Positions 17,917 through 23,715 of a stretch of DNA of 23,715 bases are shown piece by piece. The notes under the pieces are model-generated. The model was not told where the DNA came from. It saw only the letters and a list, made by a program, of their open reading frames with translations, and did not search any database. The DNA is from Candidatus Micrarchaeota archaeon (GTDB lineage: Archaea; Micrarchaeota; Micrarchaeia; Norongarragalinales; SBBD01), in the NCBI GenBank assembly GCA_038046605.1, contig JBBSVW010000027.1, positions 1 to 23,715 of the forward strand, written 5' to 3'. Position 1 is the stretch's first letter. Every line of letters begins with the position of its first letter. The position numbers and the translations under genes were made by a program.

Positions 17917-17986
17917 AAAATCAGCTCAGGGCAGATTTTACCCTCTCAAAGAATAAAAGCGTGTGTAAAACGGGGCCTGTTGGAAA

Positions 17987-18000
17987 GAAAAGTATAAATA
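17987..18000 (+). promoter_or_regulatory. Putative archaeal BRE/TATA promoter
   Basis: GAAAAG-TATAAATA in the intergenic region divergent from leuS, upstream of a small + strand ORF. Confidence 0.45.
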
Positions 18001-18064
18001 CTCAAAATACCATATCAATATAACGAAATAATTGGGGATGCGGAAATTTCAAGGGGATAAGGAT

Positions 18065-18193
18065 ATGGAAGCAGTTGCAATTTTGATGGGAATAGTCGTA
18101 GCATACCTCTTTGCGTTCACAACAATAAAACGCGATGGGCTAATTGAGATTCTGGTTCTTTTGGGAGCAGGGATTTGGCTGGTTGGGGCATAA
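18065..18193 (+). CDS. Small membrane protein (42 aa; 51 aa from in-frame ATG 18038), absent from the ORF track
   Basis: Manual translation MEAVAILMGIVVAYLFAFTTIKRDGLIEILVLLGAGIWLVGA*: two hydrophobic helices with a KRD turn; TATA box upstream; its stop abuts the stop of the convergent gene. Confidence 0.55.
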   Translation: MEAVAILMGIVVAYLFAFTTIKRDGLIEILVLLGAGIWLVGA

Positions 18194-18772
18194 TCACATC
18201 GGCTCAAAATTTTGCTTGTGCTCTTCCCATTTTAAGCCCAGTGGCTTGAATAATTTTTTTGCAACGGCAATTTCCTTTCCTAGTTGGCCTTTTAACCCGG
18301 GCTCTGAAAAAATATCCACCGTGCCGTCCTCATGTATTGCAAAACCGATTTTCGTTTCGGATTGGCCCACAAAAATCGACGTCCTGCCTTCTCCCCACAT
18401 CATCCTTACCGGCACTTGAATAGCTCCTCCGGAAAGTAAAACTCTTGGATGCCATTCATGGTACCAACTTAATGGCGAAATGCGCGATTCGATCCCGATC
18501 TGGCTTTTGTCGGGGCCCTTGTATTCGTTTGGAGAACCCCCCTTGGCAAAAAATTTCAGTACGTTTGAAAGCTTGAGAAGTGCATCGGGGGAATAGTGGG
18601 CAATGTGCTTTAGGGCCGCACGTTCCAAGGGCAATTCAAGATGAAAAGCGCGATGCGAGGTGAAAACATCCCGGCCATGCGCTTCGAGGATTTTTCCTAT
18701 TATGGATGGGTGCCCCGCTTTGCGCTTCATTGCCTCGATTGTCGCATCCCATCTTTTTCCGAATACGGTCAT
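18194..18772 (-). CDS. Hypothetical protein
   Basis: Long ORF with GGTGA RBS ahead of ATG 18772 (the track starts at GTG 18781); no family recognised. Confidence 0.65.
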   Translation of the reverse strand: MTVFGKRWDATIEAMKRKAGHPSIIGKILEAHGRDVFTSHRAFHLELPLERAALKHIAHYSPDALLKLSNVLKFFAKGGSPNEYKGPDKSQIGIESRISPLSWYHEWHPRVLLSGGAIQVPVRMMWGEGRTSIFVGQSETKIGFAIHEDGTVDIFSEPGLKGQLGKEIAVAKKLFKPLGLKWEEHKQNFEPM

Positions 18773-18837
18773 TTTAATCACCCATCAGAATTTCATTCAG
18801 GCCGGATTTTGACATATTATTCGCCTAATCATCGAAG

Positions 18838-19488
18838 TTATTTAGAGCTCAAATCGTTTATTGCCCTTCTTACAAGTTCCCTATAGTATTCAACTGGCCT
18901 TCGGACAAAATGATCATATTGCTCAATATCAACTATCCGGCTTTTCCGCCAAATCTCATTCAAGCTCTCCTCCAGAGTTTTCAAATGCCCAAGAAGCCTT
19001 ATCCGGTCTACCTTAGCCTTTGTCATTTCCGGCAGTACTCTTGAAGCATGAAATTTGACCTTATATTTCCCCAACTGTTTCACGTGGCCACTCCCTTCAA
19101 CGATGGAATCGTGGAACATGTGGTTTCCCGTCACAATCCGCTTAAGTATATCGATTTCTTCTGGAGTCGCCGATGGAGGCATGAGTTTTCCACGGATATG
19201 ATCGCGGATTGATGCATAAGCCGCAACATTGCCCTGTTGTTCGGGATATTTTTCGTGGGTTTTTCCCTTGTTTAGAATTTCTGTTGCGGAAGGGAGGGTT
19301 CCAAAAAACATTGATGAATATACGCCTGTTTTAGAACCAGATCTTCGGCCGCCTGCCTCATCTGCAGCCTCTTGGTAGGCTCCCATTGCGTTGCCCATCA
19401 ATTCGCGAAGTTCTCTTCTGGCGGCAATTTTTTCCCCTTCTTCATTCATAGCAATTACCTGCCTCACGTGTTGCATCCATTCAGGCAC
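18838..19488 (-). CDS. Hypothetical protein
   Basis: 216-aa ORF co-oriented with srp54; start uncertain; no family recognised. Confidence 0.65.
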   Translation of the reverse strand: MPEWMQHVRQVIAMNEEGEKIAARRELRELMGNAMGAYQEAADEAGGRRSGSKTGVYSSMFFGTLPSATEILNKGKTHEKYPEQQGNVAAYASIRDHIRGKLMPPSATPEEIDILKRIVTGNHMFHDSIVEGSGHVKQLGKYKVKFHASRVLPEMTKAKVDRIRLLGHLKTLEESLNEIWRKSRIVDIEQYDHFVRRPVEYYRELVRRAINDLSSK

Positions 19489-19537
19489 CCAGCCCTTCCG
19501 GATTTTTCGGGAAATATGGCCATTTATAATTACCCAA

Positions 19538-20845
19538 TTAAATTTTCATCCCCGGAGGCAGCATGTTCCCAAACCGCTTCATTAACCCCCGGTTTCCCTT
19601 CATTCCCTTCATCATCTTTGAAACGCGCTCGAAAGTTGTTACAAGCTCCCGGACATTATCGTGCTTAAGGCCAGCGCCCTTTGCAACGCGCTCTTGCCTT
19701 GCCCTATTTTTCATTAGCTCGGGGTTTTTGCGCTCCTTGACCGTCATGCTAAGCACTGCCGCCTCGTAGCGTTTCATATTTGCCTCGGATTGGCCAAGCA
19801 TTTCTTCAGGCACATCGTACATGCCAAGCATTTGCAGAATCTGCTTCATGGGCCCCATTTTCTTCATGGAGCGCATCTGCGCAAGGAACGTTTCGTAGTC
19901 GAGCTTTCCTTCCTTTAGCACTTTTTCCATGGCTTCCTCATCGGAGATTTCTTGGACCTTTGAGAGAAGCGAATCCAAATCCGCAAACCCCACAAGGCGC
20001 GCAACAAATTTCTTTGCATCAAAAACCTCGAGTGCATCCGGCTTTTCGCCAAGCGTAATGAAGGCGACTTTTGAATTGCTTGCCTTGACTGCTGAAAGCG
20101 CGCCACCCCCTTTTCCCGAGCCGTCCATTTTTGTGACGATGACGCCGGTTATTCCAACAGCCTCATTGAATTGGAAGGCTTGCTTGCCGGCAACCTGCCC
20201 CAAATCTGCGGAAACCACTAGGTACTTTTCATCAGGGGCAAAAATGGAATTGATCGCCTTGAGTTCTTGCGCCAATTCCGAATCAAAAGCGCTCCTTCCT
20301 GCGGTATCGAAAATGAGCACGTCATACTGCGTTTCCAGCTTGAGGGAATTGCGTGCAATGGTTTGCGCACTTGAGCCTTTTTCGGAGTAGAAGCCGCAAT
20401 GCACGGATTGGGATAATTGCTCTAGCTGCTCAATAGCTGCTGGCCGGTGGACATCGCCGGCAATTGCGCAAACCTTAAGGCCCTTGCTTTGGTAGAATTT
20501 GGCGAGTTTGGCAATGGAGGTCGACTTGCCGCTGCCGAAGAGCCCGAGCATCAATATTTTTTGCTTTTTGGTTTGGGGCTCGTATTTTTCGCCCAGAATC
20601 AAGACGAGCTCATCGTATACTATTTTCACGATGTGCTCGCGCAAATTGAGGTTTTGCGCCTTTTTTTCCTGCATCGCCTTTTCCTCGATGGATTTTGTAA
20701 GATCATAGACCAGCTTTACATTGACATCGTTGGAAATAAGCACGCGCTGCAGCTCCTTGACAAGCTCCTTGATTGCCTTTTCGTCGACTAACGCGGCTCC
20801 GGTGAAGCGGTTTAGGGCGTTCCGGATGCCGGCTCCCAGGTCCAT
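19538..20845 (-). CDS. srp54: Signal recognition particle 54 kDa protein
   Basis: ELQRVLISNDVNV, GLFGSGKSTS, DVHRPAA, DTAGR, TKMDGSGKGGGALS, Met-rich M domain with SMT..ER.NP. Confidence 0.97.
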   Translation of the reverse strand: MDLGAGIRNALNRFTGAALVDEKAIKELVKELQRVLISNDVNVKLVYDLTKSIEEKAMQEKKAQNLNLREHIVKIVYDELVLILGEKYEPQTKKQKILMLGLFGSGKSTSIAKLAKFYQSKGLKVCAIAGDVHRPAAIEQLEQLSQSVHCGFYSEKGSSAQTIARNSLKLETQYDVLIFDTAGRSAFDSELAQELKAINSIFAPDEKYLVVSADLGQVAGKQAFQFNEAVGITGVIVTKMDGSGKGGGALSAVKASNSKVAFITLGEKPDALEVFDAKKFVARLVGFADLDSLLSKVQEISDEEAMEKVLKEGKLDYETFLAQMRSMKKMGPMKQILQMLGMYDVPEEMLGQSEANMKRYEAAVLSMTVKERKNPELMKNRARQERVAKGAGLKHDNVRELVTTFERVSKMMKGMKGNRGLMKRFGNMLPPGMKI

Positions 20846-21003
20846 ATTGATCAGCTTTACTTATCTGAAAATAAGGGTTAATAAGCGTGGCGAAAAGGTG
20901 CAAAAAACAGGCAAATGGGGAGAGGGATTGAATGGATGAACGCGGCCAGTATCGCGCCTCTTTTCCACGCTCAAAGGAATAAGAATAAATGGGGGCGCTG
21001 AGA

Positions 21004-21113
21004 TTTGAACGCCTTGCCCCTTTCTTTCAAAAAGAAAGGTGCGATGGCACCGCGCCAAAGAAACAATTTGATTTGCGAATTAAATAGCTTCATTAGCGGC
21101 GCTTAAGGCAGGC
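21004..21113 (-). other. tRNA-Pro T-loop intron (position 58/59 or 59/60, 110 nt)
   Basis: Removal restores TTCAAAT; intron ends pair (GCCTGCC / GGCAAGGC); GTTCAAA occurs at both junctions, so the exact boundary is ambiguous. Confidence 0.85.
21011..21068. repeat. 58-bp dispersed repeat, copy 2 (in tRNA-Pro T-loop intron)
   Basis: 57/58 identical to 6094-6151. Confidence 0.97.
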
Positions 21114-21150
21114 TTTGAACTCAGATCAACAGCTCCCAAAGCTGTCAGCA

Positions 21151-21236
21151 TGCCGGATCCCCTTTCTGTTCTCCCAAGACAAAAGCCCTTTTCTTTGAAC
21201 CCAAGGGCCTTTCTTTTCCGGGAAAAGAAAGGGGCT
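21151..21236 (-). other. tRNA-Pro D-loop intron (position 21/22, 86 nt)
   Basis: BHB-type junction CTGG-TA|A ... CCGG-CA|T, with central helix CTGG/CCGG and intron stem CCCCTTTCT/AGAAAGGGG. Confidence 0.88.
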
Positions 21237-21440
21237 TACCAGGTTGGCCCACGCCCCCAAAACCTTATCATTTGGGGAATGGGATTTTTTAAGCGCTTTG
21301 AATGCTTAAAAAATGCATAAAATGGCGCGGATAGCTAAAATTGGCATTAGGGCGCAAGGTTACAATTAGGGGAATGAATGCATTATCGCCAAACGAAGAA
21401 AAAATATAAAAAAAGGGAAAGAAGAAAGAAAGGAAAAGGC

Positions 21441-21701
21441 TTACTTGCGCCTTCCCTTTGCTGCCGGAGAGGCTGCAACGGATACGCGGACATCCGGACC
21501 TAGCCGTTCTTCAATCAGGTGCATCTTATAGAACACATATATCGAAAGCGCCGAGAGGAATGCGCCGATTCCGGAGGTGTATTGGAGCTCAAAATCCTGA
21601 TTTATGAAATATTGCGCCGTAAGCACAAGGAAAATCAGCAAGGAAACGATGAATACTACCTCCTCATCAAGAGGAACGCCAACAACGTGAACCTTAACCA
21701 T
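21441..21701 (-). CDS. Small hypothetical membrane protein (2 TM)
   Basis: 86-aa ORF, AGGTGA RBS upstream, two hydrophobic segments, basic C-terminus. Confidence 0.75.
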   Translation of the reverse strand: MVKVHVVGVPLDEEVVFIVSLLIFLVLTAQYFINQDFELQYTSGIGAFLSALSIYVFYKMHLIEERLGPDVRVSVAASPAAKGRRK

Positions 21702-21810
21702 GCAATCACCTGAAAAGGATTAAGATTAAGCGGTATTTAAGCGTTACTCTGAAATTGTTTTTTTGAAAAAAGGCGCATCTTTGCAATTATTAATTCGCAA
21801 GCAAAATAAG

Positions 21811-21930
21811 GGGGGCGCACTTGAGGGGTGGACGATACGGTACGCCAGAACCCCAAGGTTCTTAACATGCCCAGAATCATTCTGGAGCATAGGGGGATTC
21901 TTCCCCCTTGGTGTCAATGGCTTGCCCCCA
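21811..21930. ncRNA. Candidate structured non-coding RNA, family unidentified
   Basis: GC-rich 120-nt intergenic segment closed by GGGGGCG/TGCCCCC, with internal stems GCCA/TGGC, CCAAGG/CCTTGG, ATGC-CCAGAAT/ATTCTGG-A-GCAT and AGGGGGA/TCCCCCT. Confidence 0.55.
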
Positions 21931-21937
21931 TTGGATG

Positions 21938-22762
21938 TCAAGCCTTCTTCATCCTTCCACGGGGCTTTGGGATCTTGAGCTCCGGATAAATCCTTTCAAG
22001 CATCTGGCCGGAAAGGATTGGCGAATAGCCAAGCTGGCAAAGGATTTTGTAGAGGGCATATTTGTTCAGGAACGGGTCGGATTGGGATAGCAGCCCTTCT
22101 AATTGGGCTTCCTGGAGTGCAAGCAGCATCTTTCCAAAGGATTTCCTTTGGGGGTATTTTGCAAGGAGCAAATCGACCCTTGTAAAGAATGCCGGATTTG
22201 GATGGAACTGCCTGAATTTGCGCTCGAAGCTCTCCAGGGTATGCACCAGGCAGGCGAGCACTTCCCGTTTTTCGGCAACCTCCAAATTTGCCTTGCGGAT
22301 TATTACCCAACCCTTGTAATTGGAAGCAAAGCGGAATTCCTTTTTTTTAGGGCTTCCCTGCGCCTTGAACTTAATTGGGAAAAGCTTGCCAAATAGCTGC
22401 GAGATGAAATAGCCAACGGCAATATCTGTAACGGGCGCGAGTTTCTTTTGTATTACCTTTTCGGGGTCGCGATCGTCCTTGCAGAAGGGGAGCAATTGGG
22501 ATTCGAGGGCGCCTGGCTTTAATGTGGAAAGTATTGAAATGAGTGAGGGGATGGAATTTACCTTTGATGCCACTGATGCCGCCTCCTTGGCAATTCCCGC
22601 CTTGTCAATTGGGGCAAAATCGTAGGCCTTTTTGCGTATTAGCTCGAATGAATTATCAAGGAAGGAGAGGATTTTGGGGTTTGTTAGGTCAAGGCCAATC
22701 AATTGCTCGGCATGCTTGAGGTCATCAAAGCCGCAGGCAAGCATTATGAATTCTTCAGGCAT
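21938..22762 (-). CDS. DUF2666-like archaeal conserved protein with N-terminal extension
   Basis: 'FASNYKGWVIIRK...EVLACL' and C-terminal 'IYPELKIPKPRGR' recall DUF2666; 4 bp downstream of rpl37ae. Confidence 0.7.
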   Translation of the reverse strand: MPEEFIMLACGFDDLKHAEQLIGLDLTNPKILSFLDNSFELIRKKAYDFAPIDKAGIAKEAASVASKVNSIPSLISILSTLKPGALESQLLPFCKDDRDPEKVIQKKLAPVTDIAVGYFISQLFGKLFPIKFKAQGSPKKKEFRFASNYKGWVIIRKANLEVAEKREVLACLVHTLESFERKFRQFHPNPAFFTRVDLLLAKYPQRKSFGKMLLALQEAQLEGLLSQSDPFLNKYALYKILCQLGYSPILSGQMLERIYPELKIPKPRGRMKKA

Positions 22763-22766
22763 GTAA

Positions 22767-22997
22767 TCACTTCTTTTTCAATGAGGATAAGGTCTTCCTG
22801 GCGGAAATGCCAATGGAGGTTTCAAGGGAATAAGCGCCGCCGGCAAATTCGGATTCGCATGAATTGCACCTCCAAAGGGCGTAGCCCTTGCGCCGCACAT
22901 TCTTCTTGCCGCATGTCGGGCAATCATAGAGCCTATGCTGCTGCACAAGGACCTCGTTTTCGCGCTTGCGGATTTTAACCCCGTATCTTGAACCCAT
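22767..22997 (-). CDS. rpl37ae: 50S ribosomal protein L37ae (eL43)
   Basis: GSRYG..IRK, CPTCG...VRRKGYALWRCNSC...FAGGAY zinc ribbon; GGTGA RBS favours ATG 22997 over GTG 23009. Confidence 0.95.
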   Translation of the reverse strand: MGSRYGVKIRKRENEVLVQQHRLYDCPTCGKKNVRRKGYALWRCNSCESEFAGGAYSLETSIGISARKTLSSLKKK

Positions 22998-23126
22998 AAA
23001 ATGCTTCACCCTATAAATAAAATTGATTGAAAAACAAGGGGATTGATATTGGAACTATGGAATATAATCTTCCCCTATGCCTCAAATCCCGCCTTAATCA
23101 TGCAAAAATAAAAAAATTAAAAAAAT

Positions 23127-23715
23127 TCAAAGAAGCTTCCTAAGTTCGCGCCCCTTCTCAAGCGCAGCGTCCATTAGCTGCGAAAATTCTTCATTGCTAA
23201 ATGCGGCTTTGCCCGATTTCTGGGCGGCGCATATGAAATCCCCATCGCAAGTTGCAAGCGAAAGCCGCCCATCGGAAGCGACCTCCTCCTCATCGCTGGC
23301 GTCAAGGATGAGTTTTCCTGAAATCTTTTCAAATGAGCAGATGCTAACGGACCGCGCAAGCGCAAGCTTGCCGACAAATTCCGTGCGGACCAATGCCTCA
23401 TTTTCATATTTGGGAACCTTGCAATCAAGAAGGGCGCCCATTGCAGCTAGCCCTGCCGTATCTATGAGGTTTCCGGAGTGGTCCATGATGTAAAGGTCTA
23501 TGAACAAGCCGTAGGCCTTCTTTTCCGCAATGAATAATTTCTTGGTATCCACGGCGTTCGCGGAGCGAATCCCGCGATCCACGACACGGGCAAGCTCAAT
23601 TGAGCGCTCATCCGGAGGGCCCGGGTTGAAATCGGGGTGGGCCGCCGTCAGGAACTCCGAATTCACCTGCAAAACGCCTTCAAGGGGCCTATCGCGGTAT
23701 GGCTCCATTATGTCG
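23127..23715 (-). CDS. rrp42: Exosome complex component Rrp42 (5'-partial, runs off the window)
   Basis: PYRDRPLEGVL, FNPGPPDERSIELARVVDRGIRS, IDLYIMDHSGNLID, AAQKSG; followed by rpl37ae as in the conserved archaeal exosome operon. Confidence 0.95.
   Translation of the reverse strand, partial: DIMEPYRDRPLEGVLQVNSEFLTAAHPDFNPGPPDERSIELARVVDRGIRSANAVDTKKLFIAEKKAYGLFIDLYIMDHSGNLIDTAGLAAMGALLDCKVPKYENEALVRTEFVGKLALARSVSICSFEKISGKLILDASDEEEVASDGRLSLATCDGDFICAAQKSGKAAFSNEEFSQLMDAALEKGRELRKLL

Larger units (their letters stand above)
20990..21258 (-). tRNA. trnP: tRNA-Pro(TGG) with two introns (exons 21258-21237, 21150-21114, 21003-20990; 73-nt mature form, CCA end not encoded)
   Basis: Spliced sequence GGGGGCG TG GGCC AACCTGGTA TGCT G ACAGC TTTGGGA GCTGT TGAT CTGAG TTCAAAT CTCAG CGCCCCC A; perfect acceptor, anticodon and T stems; anticodon TGG at 21138-21136. 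Confidence 0.93.

Noticed and set aside
20861-21058. 65-aa ORF upstream of srp54
   Set aside because: Overlaps the tRNA-Pro intron and exon 3; no protein-like features.
6074-21258. CRISPR array or trans-spliced/permuted tRNA halves
   Set aside because: No regularly spaced repeats. All exons of each tRNA are collinear and in normal order, so cis-splicing suffices.
21744-21978. Short ORFs on both strands (21744-21941 minus, 21763-21978 plus)
   Set aside because: No recognisable protein features; the region is better explained as a structured RNA element.

Overview
Archaeal chromosomal window. The archaeal-type LeuRS, SRP54, Rrp42, L37ae and RNase HII with a PIP box support this; a DPANN/Micrarchaeota-like origin is an inference. 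Contents in order: secF-secD; a split cobalamin-independent methionine synthase pair plus an atypical MTHFR-like gene; tRNA-Trp(CCA); rnhB; a six-gene alpha-glucan/glycogen locus on the minus strand (GT4, membrane protein, GH57, GT4, small wHTH, debranching enzyme); leuS; a small membrane ORF and two orphans; srp54; tRNA-Pro(TGG); a small membrane gene; an unidentified ~120-nt structured element; a DUF2666-like gene; rpl37ae; and a partial rrp42. The most interesting signal is non-coding. Both tRNA genes are split into three exons by two long introns each. Their T-loop introns share a 57/58-identical block 15 kb apart. All four introns contain one family of CTTTCTT-loop-AAGAAAG hairpins, and one intron is flanked by a 7-bp direct repeat. 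The tRNA-Trp anticodon intron carries a box C/D guide RNA for C34/C39 whose boxes appear circularly permuted. All calls were made by eye, with no database searches.
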